From Proteromonas lacertae (lineage: Eukaryota): a stretch of 56,566 nt of DNA. The notes beneath the pieces are model-generated. The model was given only the letters and a program-made list of their open reading frames with translations. It made no database searches and was not told the origin of the DNA. Location: contig NGBS01000874.1 of the NCBI GenBank assembly GCA_002245135.1, positions 310,001 to 366,566 of the forward strand. The letters run 5' to 3'. The position numbers and the translations under genes were made by a program. Below, one piece after another: positions 27,201 through 39,174 of the stretch. The first letter of the stretch is position 1, and each line of letters starts with the position of its first letter.

Positions 27201-28276
27201 CTCCAAGTTAGAATTACCAAGTTATTTAGTATGTAAAAAAGAAATATATCATTCATTATTACCATTACCTCATCATTGGTTGTTTATTCCATTTTTACCT
27301 GTAAAAGTTCAAGAAAAGAATGAAGAAAGTAATGGCGAAGAAGAAGATGATGATAGAACAACAACAACAACAAGTGAAATGTTTCCAACAATAATTATAA
27401 ATTCACTTTTATATTTTATAAAGTGTTTAGAAACAATATCTTCTGATATATTATCAGTTCATTATAATGAAATTAAATTCTATTATATAATTCATTCGTT
27501 TTTATGTCATGAAGAGACTTTATGTAATAATGATTTTTGTGATAATATCAATTCATTATTAACTTATTATATAAATAATAAATGTTCAATTGATAAAGAG
27601 TTATCATTCGTATATATTTTTATATATTTTATTATTTATTAATATATAGTTTGATGGATATTGTAAGGTTGTTTCTGAATCATCTCTTAATCAATTGATT
27701 ATTGATTTATTTGACCATTATATTGAAGATTCATGGGGTAATATTTACTACACACATATCTTAAGATCATTTTTAAATATGAATGTTACTTCAAAAATCA
27801 GATATAATATATGGAAGAGTTTATTCAATAATAATTTGTTTAAATTATTCAATTATCGAAAAGAGGATGAATATCAATTAACCAATTATTCAAATTTACA
27901 GTTTTCTAGTTATATTATTCCGTATGAAACTGATTATAGTAATATTGAGTTATATAAGAATATATTGTTAGAGAATAAAAGTATAAACAATTGTGATTGG
28001 CTTTGCTCTATTTTATTAATTCATCTAAACCACTTCATTTTTGATAATACAACTGATCAAATTAGTTCATTAAATAGATCATTTCTGTATGAACTTTATA
28101 GAAGAAATGCAAATTTGTTTATTGGATTGTGTTGTTATTGTAATGAAGAGAATAAAGTAAAGTGTAGAAGTGAATATGTAACTGATATTGAAGAAATATT
28201 GAAGAATTCAAAATTAATTACGTATTTCAAAGAGAACAAAGAAATATACGACGCATTAGAGAAAATAAAGAATTAA
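24283..28276 (+). CDS. RPAP1: RNA polymerase II-associated protein 1 (Rba50/RPAP1)
   Basis: RPAP1_N-like AQKELTERFSPEILEYLKK, EKSKLEWLK, RFNFEG, and RPAP1_C GLHHHGVEPERPGYTIFELLTLIRSRFAPQR. Many exons separated by ~30-nt introns. Confidence 0.88.
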
Positions 28277-28397
28277 TCTTATCCATTTTGTATGTGTTAT
28301 TATAGTATTTGTGAATTAATTGTTACATTTACATAAAATGATAATAAAAATAAGTTAATTACTTTTTACAATACTTCTATTTACTATATGTAATAGT

Positions 28398-28864
28398 TTA
28401 AATATCTATAGAGCATAGTTCTTTAATTTCTTTTGGTATCATCTCTTCCAAGTCTCCAACTATTGATTTCCATTTATTCTCTTTTTCATCATAATGAAAA
28501 TCATTAGGACCGCTAGAATTGTTGTAGAATAATAAATTATACCTTACAGGCGAAGTCAACCATATTTCTTTCTTATAACTTTGTTTATTCATGATATATG
28601 TGCCTTTTGAACCCAACGATAAGCTTAGACTATCATGCTAAACAGTGAAATTGAGAAAATACTCCGTTATCAATATCTACTTCATCAGATATTCCCAAAA
28701 GCTTTTCAAAACGATTTTCGAATGAATTGAATAGCTTTTCTACTTTCTGGTTGTATTCTGTTGTTGAAATTCTGAGAATTTTATAATTATATTGTATACA
28801 ATCTATAGAATGGTGATAATGAAGTTAAACGTTTTGAAGAGTTGATTATTCTACTAATAGACAT
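28398..28864 (-). CDS. FXN: Frataxin (CyaY family)
   Basis: [23 protein letters not shown] is the frataxin signature. The basic/Ser-rich N-terminus [13 protein letters not shown] resembles a mitochondrial presequence. Three introns. Confidence 0.88.
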
Positions 28865-28934
28865 AGAATCTGAATTTCTAATTAATACACTTGTATTATT
28901 GTATTAATTTGTATTTGCGTTAAAACATATCATA

Positions 28935-29975
28935 ATGCTGATAGAAGAAAATAATCGTAAAAAGTATACTCAGTGTAAATATAGCGAAGAAGACCTAAGA
29001 ATAGAATTAGATAAATATAAAAGTGGATTAATCACTATGGAAGAGTTAACATCAATAACAGGAGTTTGTAAAAAACAATTAAACAATTACATTAAAAATG
29101 GGGTTAATTTACAGAAAGGACATGGAAGTCAAAAACCCTATTCTGATGAAACAGTATATAAAATAATGAGAATGCTTAGTGAAGGTTATTCCCAGGCTGG
29201 AATACGTAAAGAATTGAATATAAATAAGTCAACTTTATCAAATCAATGTAAAGTTCTAACTTTTGTCTCTCATGGTTGTTATATTCAATCTACTTGGTTA
29301 GGATATAATGTAGTGTTTGAAATATGTAATACAATAAAACATGGAATATTATATATGCAATTAATTATTAATGGGAATAAAATAGAGAGAGATGTTTTAT
29401 CCAATATTAAAAGAAATGAAGAATATAATAAATTTAATAATGAAGAATGTGACAATATTAGGGATATAATTATGAACAAAGCAAGTAAAGATTACTTTTA
29501 TTATATTCCAATAAAACCAACTATGGAATTAAGTGAAGAAGAAAGATTAGAAAAGTATAAAGAATTCTATAAAAGAATAATAAATGAAATAGATGATGAA
29601 GATATTTATCCATTGCTCAAAAGAATAATTGATAATCAATTAGTAGCTGGTAATGTAAGTGTCAAGGTAGGTGGTAAATCATTTAATGGTAATAATGTCA
29701 ATCCATTTATCATTCTTATAATGATAGTTTTAGGTTGTATAGATGATAAATCAAAAGTAATGGAATCTCAAAATACTTTTGATTTATCATCAGGTGTAAC
29801 AGTTGCAACATATAAAATTAAAAAAGGAAAATATATAACATCCCCAAAGAAGAAAAATATAAATATTCAAAGCAAAGAATTAATACCATCCCACACCTTT
29901 GTCTCATGTGTATTTATAGAGTATTTACTTATTTTATTTTTATTGTATATAATTATTTATAATAAATATTTCTAA
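28935..29975 (+). CDS. Hypothetical protein with two N-terminal helix-turn-helix-like motifs
   Basis: YSEEDLRIEL..GLITMEELTSITGVCKKQL and YSDETVYKIM..GYSQAGIRKELNINKSTL resemble psq/CENP-B/transposase-type HTHs. No recognisable DDE domain. Confidence 0.45.
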   Translation: MLIEENNRKKYTQCKYSEEDLRIELDKYKSGLITMEELTSITGVCKKQLNNYIKNGVNLQKGHGSQKPYSDETVYKIMRMLSEGYSQAGIRKELNINKSTLSNQCKVLTFVSHGCYIQSTWLGYNVVFEICNTIKHGILYMQLIINGNKIERDVLSNIKRNEEYNKFNNEECDNIRDIIMNKASKDYFYYIPIKPTMELSEEERLEKYKEFYKRIINEIDDEDIYPLLKRIIDNQLVAGNVSVKVGGKSFNGNNVNPFIILIMIVLGCIDDKSKVMESQNTFDLSSGVTVATYKIKKGKYITSPKKKNINIQSKELIPSHTFVSCVFIEYLLILFLLYIIIYNKYF

Positions 29976-30045
29976 GTAATAATTAATTCTCTTTTTGTTT
30001 CTATATTATTTTAATAAACACCATCATAATAATTAAATAGATATA

Positions 30046-31392
30046 TTAAATAGATAAATCATCCCACATTCTACTGTTCTGTAACAACTCTTTATATTTA
30101 TCTTTTATCTTCTCATCAGCATTATTATTACAACTACATATAAACAAAGTAATTGATGGATTCTTCAATATTCCTTTACATATTCCAATAAATCCATCAT
30201 TCTCTAATCCAATATCTATTTAACAAATAATAATAATAACAATATATTAATATAAATACTATTTAACCATAATTCTCTCAATTTCTTCAAATTAGGTAAA
30301 TAATTACCAATTATCACCACACTTAGTCGATTTATTTCCTCTTTCTTTGTAAATAATACATCTCCAGATTTACTTTGTTCTATTTACATATAATAATATA
30401 ATATAATATAATATACTTCCAATTATAAATGTATCTAAGACAGGCAAATTCATTAATAATTTACACAGTCTTTTCGTTGTATTTGGATTGATTAAATCTT
30501 TCACTTTTAATTGTATTTTCACACAACTATTGAGTGTGTTTTTATATATCATTGAATCTATTGCATTTATTCCCAAATATTCCTCATAATCAAATAATAT
30601 CTTTGCTTCTTCACTCTTCAATATTTCATCTAAACTTTTTCTTTCATTTTTCTTCTTTTCCAACATCATTCCAATTATTTTCATATATTCTTCACTAAAT
30701 AAATCTGGTGGATTGAAGTCTAATATTTCGTCACTTATATAATAACCGTATAAATCCTGAATACTGGCAAATGGTATAACTAATGTACTGACTGTATAGA
30801 ATACACAACCTAATGCAAATATATCACTTAAATAATCATATCTGTAAATATGATCATTACTATTTCCTGTATCATTTTCATTGATATTGTATGATTCTGG
30901 TGAAGAATATCCTATACAACCATTCTTTCCACTACAATTTACATCTAACAACAATGAACGATCATCTATGAAGAAGGAGGATAGTTTGATATGGCCATGT
31001 ATGTGACCATTGTGATGAATTCTGTTTAATGCTGTTATTGCTTGATATAACCAAAAACGAAGAGTATCTTCAGGAAAGTAGCTCCAATCAACTCGATGCT
31101 GTTCTACTAAATCTTCTAATGAATTTTGATATAAGGGTGTCTCTATTATTAGCATATACTTAGATCTTCCAATTTCATTTATTCGGATCAAATTTTTGTC
31201 TATTGGAAATTCTCGAGCTATTTGACATATTGTATCAGCCATTTTACCATTATGGTATTTAAATAAAGGAATTAACCTTAAAAAACATTTTTTACCTTGT
31301 TTTTCAGCTACATATGCTGCACCAGGCGATTCTCTCTTTTTCTCTTCTATTAAATCATAGTCATATAATCTCTTATTTACGATTTGGATCAT
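30046..31392 (-). CDS. Pseudokinase with short C-terminal LRR region
   Basis: IHGHIKLSSFFI, GYSSPE, SDIFALGCVFY. Downstream exons encode LPNLKKLRELWLN / IGLENDG. TAA at 30046-30048. Confidence 0.7.
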
Positions 31393-31478
31393 TTTTATAA
31401 ATCCAAAACGAATATGATTTTAAAACAATTTCAGAAAATTATAGCGTTTCAACTTATTTTGAAAAAATCTATAAATCA

Positions 31479-32645
31479 ATGAATAAGTTATATATATTTG
31501 CTTTGCTATTTACAATAACTTTAGCATGTAATAACTATTGTAATGGACACGGTAAATGTGGAGCAAAAGATAAATGTGAATGTTTTATGGGTTGGGGAGG
31601 TGCTGACTGTAGTTTAAGAAGTTGTCCATATGATGATGCATTTTCTGATATTCCATTAGGTGATATAAACCATGATGGAGTTGTAGGTGATAATGATGCT
31701 AAAGACGAATGGAGACCAAATGGAGGTATAAGTGAAAATTTAAAGGGATATGTCACAGCTACCAGAGCACATAGATATGCTGAATGTTCAAATGCTGGTA
31801 TTTGTAACAGAGATAAGGGTGAATGTGAATGTTTTGAAGGATATGAAGGTAGTGCATGTCAACGTCGTAGTTGTCCATCCAGTGCTGAAGGTAAAGTATG
31901 TAGTGGTCATGGTAGTTGTTTAACAAGTACAACAATAATTCATGATTCTGTTACTACTGGAACTGCATATTATGGTTGGGAAAGTGAGAAATATTTGAGT
32001 TGTTTATGTGATTCTGGATGGGAAGGTATTGATTGTAGTATGAGAACTTGTCCTAAAGGAAGTGATCCAGTTACAGCCACTAAATCTTATCCATTTTCAT
32101 ACACTTTTTCATCAGATAAAATATATGATAATACAAATGTTTATTATTTAAAAATAGTTTATGATGGAATTCAATATTCCACACCATCATTCTCTAAAGC
32201 TGATATGAAAACAACATGTGGTGGAACTAATGATGTTGATTATAAAGGAGCAATTGAAGATTCTTCTAAAAGATCATCTTATGCTGAGGAAATAAGAAGA
32301 GCTGTTTCTACTATTCCTGCATTTTCAAAGAGTAATGTTGAATTTGTATGTCCAGCAACTACAACTTCAACAACAGCAGATATTAAAATAACTCTTGGTA
32401 ATAGTGATTATGAAGCATTTAGTAAAGCATCTATATCAGTATGTGTTGAAGGTGGAGTATGTGCTACTGCATTACAATCTTCTAATCTAACTAGAAATCC
32501 AAATAGTGATATTAATAATGATCCAAAAGATAAACAATATTTATGTAGTAGAAGAGGTACATGTAATTCAGACACAGGTGAATGTGTTTGTTTCACAGGA
32601 TATAGTGGTGAAGCTTGTCAAAATCAAAGATCAATTGCTTTGTAA
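31479..32645 (+). CDS. Secreted tenascin/EGF-like repeat protein
   Basis: Signal peptide. EGF_2 repeats CNNYCNGHGKC, ECSNAGICNRDKGECECFEGYEGSAC, CSGHGSC, CSRRGTCNSDTGECVCFTGYSGEAC. Single intact ORF. Confidence 0.9.
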   Translation: MNKLYIFALLFTITLACNNYCNGHGKCGAKDKCECFMGWGGADCSLRSCPYDDAFSDIPLGDINHDGVVGDNDAKDEWRPNGGISENLKGYVTATRAHRYAECSNAGICNRDKGECECFEGYEGSACQRRSCPSSAEGKVCSGHGSCLTSTTIIHDSVTTGTAYYGWESEKYLSCLCDSGWEGIDCSMRTCPKGSDPVTATKSYPFSYTFSSDKIYDNTNVYYLKIVYDGIQYSTPSFSKADMKTTCGGTNDVDYKGAIEDSSKRSSYAEEIRRAVSTIPAFSKSNVEFVCPATTTSTTADIKITLGNSDYEAFSKASISVCVEGGVCATALQSSNLTRNPNSDINNDPKDKQYLCSRRGTCNSDTGECVCFTGYSGEACQNQRSIAL

Positions 32646-32764
32646 AGTTAATATCTTTAGATTAACTCACATTTCTTGTTTTATGTACATGTTTTTATTT
32701 TATTTCAATACAAATAATAACAATATATTATTATAAACACAAAATAATCTATTAATTTACTTAA

Positions 32765-35489
32765 CTATATCTCAGCTCTACAAATAGGGCATGTTGTTCC
32801 ATTCTCTATCCATTCATCCATACATTTGGGATGAAAAGCATGTCTACAAGGCAATACACAGATAGGAACTTGAGGATTAAAGTTTTCTAAGCATATTACA
32901 CACTCACCATCATTTATTATCTAATGTGAATTACATATATGAATTAAAATACATTCAAACCTTTCTTATATTGTAGAATTTCTATATGTTCTCTTCTTTC
33001 TTCTGGTAAAACTGACTATTCATATATATAGTCTCTATATAACATACAATAACATCTTCAGCTTCATTCATCCACTCATTCTCTCCATCATAAAAACTCA
33101 TATCATAATTTGCATGTCCTGGTAGTGGTTGTTCTAAATGCTGTTGTGCTCTTCTTATAGACTGTTCTATTTCCTCTGGACTTCTATCCATATTCTTAGG
33201 TTTTTGAAATACACTCAAATCGCGTCTTTTTTTGTATTTTTGTATTTTGTTTTTATCTTCATCAATATCCAATAAAAACACAAATATTGAAATACTTTAA
33301 TAAATATAGATTATAAGGAATTAGGTAAACATACATACTCTTGATATACATCCCAACTACCAAATTCTTTAATATAATTCTCTCTAACTTGATCTTTCTC
33401 ATATGATTTTAATGTTTCATATCTCAAACACCTGCCATTCACATCTCTACAATCATTTGGACAATTAGGTCTATGACATGCAAATCCTTCGTATCCTTTC
33501 TCACATTCACACTTACCAGTCTTTCTATTACATACACCATGACTAGAACACTCAGTAGGATATTTATTACTACTACCATCAGTAGAAATAACAACAGAAG
33601 ATGGACAAACTCTAGATGAACAATCAATACCAGTATAACCTTGATTACATATACATTTACCTCTATTACCACATGTGCCATGATTATTACAGAAATTAGG
33701 ACATAATTCTTTATGCTTATATATTAATGTCTTCTTTTTAATCTCAAATTTCATATTTCCATTATTGAAAATTTGTCCGTTACTATCAATACTCCAAATA
33801 TTCATATCCCAGGCATCTTCTACTACTGAATGAGATACAGTTGGTTCAGAAAAAATAAATTCATCTCCACTGTTATGCCATATAGGGAATATCAACCTAG
33901 ATAGTCTTAATTTCTTATCTCCAGTAACTGGATCTTTATAATAAGACCAATATCCATCAATACTGGAAGTAGATAATTTAATAATATTTTCACTTTCATA
34001 ATCCTTAGTTGTTAGTGAAGTTATATTCTCATAAATATCTATATTGATATTTCCATATATATAAGTGTTATTCTCTATCTCTATCTTATTTAAATCAGTA
34101 TATAACATTCTCATTGTATTGTTATTATTATTATTATTTATATCATCTGTTGTTATAAATTTCCATTCATTTTCATTATTATATAATTCCAATAAACACT
34201 CACTTAATATTGTTTCATCATTATCACCAACTATACTTCCAATAAATACACTTTTACTAGTGAATTCTACATCTGTATATCCTCTTATTTGAATATAACA
34301 ATTTGTATAACTTGAATTACCATTTTCTATCAATGTAAATCCACTAAAATCAACAGTTGGTAAATTATTATGTAAAATAGTATCTAATGTAATTATTGCA
34401 TAACAACCAATCATTTCAGTGTTTTTATTATCCAATAGAAATCCAGATATCTTATCTTTAGCATGAAGTGAAGATTTAGTAATTAATTCATCAAAATATA
34501 TCTTAGGGAATATAATGAATGAATTTACTATTCTATTATCTTCACTATGGCCAATAAATCCAGTAATATCTATATCAACACCACTATTCATATACAATTT
34601 ACTCAATCTACTATAACTCTTCAATATCTCACAACTACTACATACAGTAAACATCATAGCGAATAATATATTATTAGATTGACTTTCAGCATTGATAATT
34701 ACATTATTCAAAGAAATATAAGAATTGATCATTTTCATATTCTCACTTTCACTGGCTATTAATCCAATTTGACTGTATTTTCCATTGAAGACTATATTAG
34801 TATATTTATTATAATTTGGAATAGAAAATCTATCAATATTTACTTCACTAGATGGTGATGAATTTATTGATCCAGCTAATAAACCTACCATAGATTGAGT
34901 TGTACTATTAATAGTAATATTATGAGCTATTATTGACACTTTTTCTATATTTATATTATCACTCATTTCACCTGCTAAAAATCCAAATGTTTCTCCTTCT
35001 TTGATTGTATATTCAAAGTTATTGACAATTTCTATTTTTAGATCAATAATTTCAACATTTGAGATCTTTGAAAATATACCTACAAAACCTGAATCACTCT
35101 TATTGAATGAATCAAGAAGAATAATGTGTGAATTACCTTGTAATACAGTTCCATTCGCTTTTAATGGTACCCATCCTACCAATTCTATGTCATTCTCAAA
35201 AATACAAAGTGGTTCTTCGTTTGATACACAGTTTATCAAATCATCACTATCTCTTATTATATTTGTAGTTTCTTCCTCCGTTGTTAAATCTTCCACTGTT
35301 GAATCATCACCTTCATCTGTACCAGTAAATTCGTCGTCAGTTCCAGTATAATCGTCATCATCTATTTCTCTGATACTATTTCCTACCAGATGTTTACATT
35401 CAACATCTATAATATAATACACAAAATATCATACGTGATAGAGAAATACATCCTAACAAAAAGCAAAAAATAAGAAATCGGCTCGACAT
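32765..35489 (-). CDS. Signal-peptide protein with beta-strand-rich ectodomain, EGF repeats and a downstream RING-H2 exon (one gene or two adjacent genes)
   Basis: MSSRFLIFCFLLGCISLS leader. GLUG-like GFLAG/GLLAG/GFIG repeats. Three EGF repeats. The last exon reads ECVICLENF..LPCRHAFHPKCMDEWI..TCPICR*. A putative intron at ~33295-33338 joins the EGF part to ORF 32982-33281 in frame. Confidence 0.65.
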
Positions 35490-35804
35490 AGGTTTGATTT
35501 CAAATACGTTGTTTATTTTTTTTAGATTTAACCTAGATTGAACTAATATTTAAAAATAAAAATATTAAAAATCCATTTGTCACAGCATTATTGATTGACT
35601 GGTTGAATAATAGTAGCATTTACTCGAATTTTTACTTTTCATAATAATCTCTATTTGATAGGTCATTGACATAAATATTCTCATTTTGCATTTTCTTATA
35701 GTTTATTTTTATTATATAATTCAAAAATCATTATTAAAAATAGAGTCGTTTATTATAAATCTTTTCTGTTTTTCATTTTGAAGTGGTAATTGGAAGATAC
35801 AAAA

Positions 35805-37712
35805 ATGTCTCATGTATTAATGCCATTGTTATGTTGTTTATAGCATGTTAAATCTGGTAGTTTTGGATCATTCCGTCATTTAAGTGATAAGTTGAAAGGA
35901 GCAATGACACCTGAAGGTACTTTGAGAAAAAACAAATCTGAAAGGTCTCCATTATCTCACAAAGGTATTACAGCTGAGACTATGTATTGATTTTAAGATT
36001 ACTTATTAAATAGAAGGAATGAAACTTTTAAAATGTTTGATCAATTTATCATATGTGGGTTAAAAGCAGAACATATGGAACCAGAAGATGAAACAGGAAG
36101 ATATGCTCCAGTTGTCTTATCTCATTATCCAGTAGAGTCAGAAGTACCAAATGGTATAGAAAAATTTTGTTTCCCCAATGATATTTATTTATCTCCATGT
36201 AAACCGGAGTATTTCTAACTGTTATTAATTCTTATATTATATAGAGATGTAATAGCATCACTTGATCCTCCTGATGATATAGAGAAGATGTCCAAACATA
36301 TATTCATGATAAGCAATCATGAAGGAGAATCTTATGGAATTTGTTTAATCGAGTATCATGCTGTGTATGTAAAATCATTATCTAATTATTATCTTATACC
36401 AAGAGGCTATATATTCACCAGTTCCACTCCTTCGTTTTATACACATTATACTGTTTTATACAACATTATTGTCTTACAAAGAAATAAATTAAAAGTTAAA
36501 AGATTATCGTATGAATATATTTATAACTATTTAAATACAATAGAATTCTTCCAGAAGGTCGTGAAATCACCAATGATCATTTGAATAGAATCACAAACAT
36601 GTTTGACATGTACACATATGGTTTAAAACCATTACTAGAGCCAATTATAGAGAAATATCAAAAAGTAACACTTCCCAATCCAGGAGAAGCAGTAACATTC
36701 CAATTATTAAAAGAATGGCCAGATTTCAAGTTTTCTCGTCCTAAAGGTACTAATGACAGTATGATATCAGATCTGATCTTAGCTTACCGTGGATGGGAAT
36801 TGTTCCAATATTTTAGTGTAGAAAATATCTTATTAACTATTGGTTGTATTTTAACTGAACATAAAATCATTATTATTAATGATAATTTATATCAATTGAC
36901 TAATGCTGTTTTACAGTTTGTTGCTTTATTATTTCCATTTAAATGGACTACTAATACTATTCCAATACTTCCATCTGAATTATTTGTGTTTTTAGATTCA
37001 CCTGTTCCATATATAGCTGGTGTTACTGAATTTCCAGAAGTATAATGTTTTTTTTTTAATATATATATTATATATTTATTAGGATATTGATGATCCAGAT
37101 ATAGTAACAATTGATATGAATAAAGACCAAGTAAATATGTCTACACCTGATTATCATGTAGTAAAATTACCATTTTGTGATACATTATTCCATTCAGTTA
37201 CTCCATTATGTAATACAATTAGAACAACTGAGAATAAGAAAGAGAGAAAAGAAGCTTATTTTGCACTAGTAAGAAATATTAGAAAGTATATGAAAGCTTT
37301 AGATGAAACAGCTCAATATCTAAATAGAAATAGAAATCTATTAAAGTATATTATTATTTATTTATTGATATAATGTAGTACTGTTGATGATAAATTAATT
37401 GAAACTCCTCTAGGAAAAGTTGGTGAAACTGAATCATTTTTCTTTAATAGATTATTAGATTCACAATTATATACAATTCAAAAGAAAGGCACATTTTTAA
37501 ATATGTTATCAAAGAGTAAATTATTTCAAAAGAAACCTAAAGCGTGGAGTGAAAAACCAGATGCTGATGATGATATAAGCAACTTTACTCCTGATATGAC
37601 AATGACATTTAATAGTCCTCAAGCTGATATTATGAAGAGTATATATACTATTTATTTATTTATAGTTATACAATCTGGTATGGTAACTTTACCAAAAGAA
37701 TGGGAAGAGTAG
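35805..37712 (+). CDS. DENN-domain Rab GEF-like protein
   Basis: uDENN MFDQFIICGL..VLSHYP..IEKFCFP, YGICL, and cDENN LFQYFSVENIL..ILTEHKII..LLFPFKW..IPILP..FLDSPVPYIAG. Confidence 0.88.
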
Positions 37713-37837
37713 AAAATGTAATTAAAAATGTAAATTTATATATATAAATAAATAAATACTCTTCTATTTCATTATTATTTGTATGTATATGTGTTTTTAA
37801 AATTGCTAATCAAGTATTAATAAAATAAAACAGATAA

Positions 37838-38600
37838 TTATTGAAATGAGTATAATTTGTGTTGAATTATATAATTTAATACTTTATCACTTATTCTAGT
37901 CTTTAAAAACTCTACATCATTTGATTTTCTTATTTCTTTACATTCATTAAAGATTAAATTAGAAAAGATTATAAAAGATATGTTGAATTTATATTAGCTG
38001 TATTTAAATCAATTATCTGATTATTGTATGGATCATTATCTATTTCGTAAGTTTCTCTTTTCATAATAACAAAATGAACTGTCTTTAATAATCTTTCACT
38101 CTATATTATCATTATGTTAATATTTCTTTATACTTCTTTCCATAATCCTTTCAATATGTCTAGATAAGCATCAGATCCTAATAACCAACTAATTTCATAT
38201 TCATCTTTGTAATGAGATAATATATAATCTATTATATCTATTGATCCTATTCTTTTTGGCTAATTCATTTAAAATGATTAATAACAATACTTTCAATTCA
38301 GTCGGATTTTTCAAAAATTCTTCGTTATTCACATTAAACACGATTTCTTCTAAGTTAGATATTTTTATGCTGTTATGTACGATATCTTCATATTCAATCT
38401 TACACATACTCAATCTATCCTCATAACTTGCTAAATTCTGTTTACTATCATAAATATGTCTATAAACTGGAAGTATCCATATTTCATCAAAAGATTCTGC
38501 AATAAATATATTTTATACCTACAAAGTGTTCAACTGCTATTTTATGTGCGATGTGAGGTGGATTGAATGAACTTCCAAATATTAATAGCTTTTTCATCAT
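37838..38600 (-). CDS. nadD: Nicotinate/nicotinamide-nucleotide adenylyltransferase, bacterial NadD-like
   Basis: MMKKLLIFGSSFNPPHIAH (GxFxPxHxxH), DEIWILP, ASYEDRLSMC, WLLGSD, INST, and C-terminal VLNYIIQHKLY. Interrupted by short introns. Largely missed by the ORF track. Confidence 0.8.
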
Positions 38601-38769
38601 CAAAAAAGCAAAAGAAAATAATTGAAACGACTATATTTTAGAAATAGATTTAAAAAAGCATTTGATGATAGAAAGATGTTTTTCCAAACATTATAATATA
38701 TAATAGAGGAAAAGAAAACCATGTCTAGTTTAAAAATAAACAATTTATAGTAAAATCAATGTTTTTAGT

Positions 38770-39150
38770 TACATTTTGTAAACAATTTATATACATTTTG
38801 TAAACAATTTTACTAATTTGTAGTCAATTTAAGCTGATTTGTAGTCAATTTTAATCGATTAAACTCTCCAATTTAATATATTAAAAAAGTTAATATATTA
38901 ACTTGCTAAAGTGAATGTATCACTCTCTCTCTCTCTCTCTCTATAGGTTTTTTCTCTACAGATAGCTACGCCCTGGGGGTAGGAACAGATAGGAACACAC
39001 TATATTTATCTACTTTTCTACTGATAGAATATATTGGAATATTGGAATATTGGAATTATAATTATTTTTATAATACATGGTGGGATTTCACTAAAATTAA
39101 TAAAAAGGTGTTTATAATATAATAAAATTATAATAAAATTATAATAAAAT
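38770..39150. repeat. Non-coding repeat cluster at the left edge of the element (candidate terminal region)
   Basis: TTTGTA(AA/GT)CAATTT x4 at 38775/38797/38817/38838. Perfect 18-bp palindrome AAGTTAATATATTAACTT at 38887-38904. (CT)10 at 38923-38942. TAGGAACA x2, AATATTGG x3, and short ATAATAAAAT repeats. Confidence 0.75.
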
Positions 39151-39174
39151 ATACTGATGTTGTATTATAAAATA

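Noticed and set aside
1..38600. Blastocystis-type stop codons created by polyadenylation (with downstream TGTTTGTT)
   Set aside because: The gene ends I traced all have genome-encoded stops, so the window gives no support.
1140..38630. TTGAAA/TTTCAA hexamer seen upstream of many host genes
   Set aside because: At this AT content the hexamer is expected every few hundred bases, and enrichment cannot be shown without counting.
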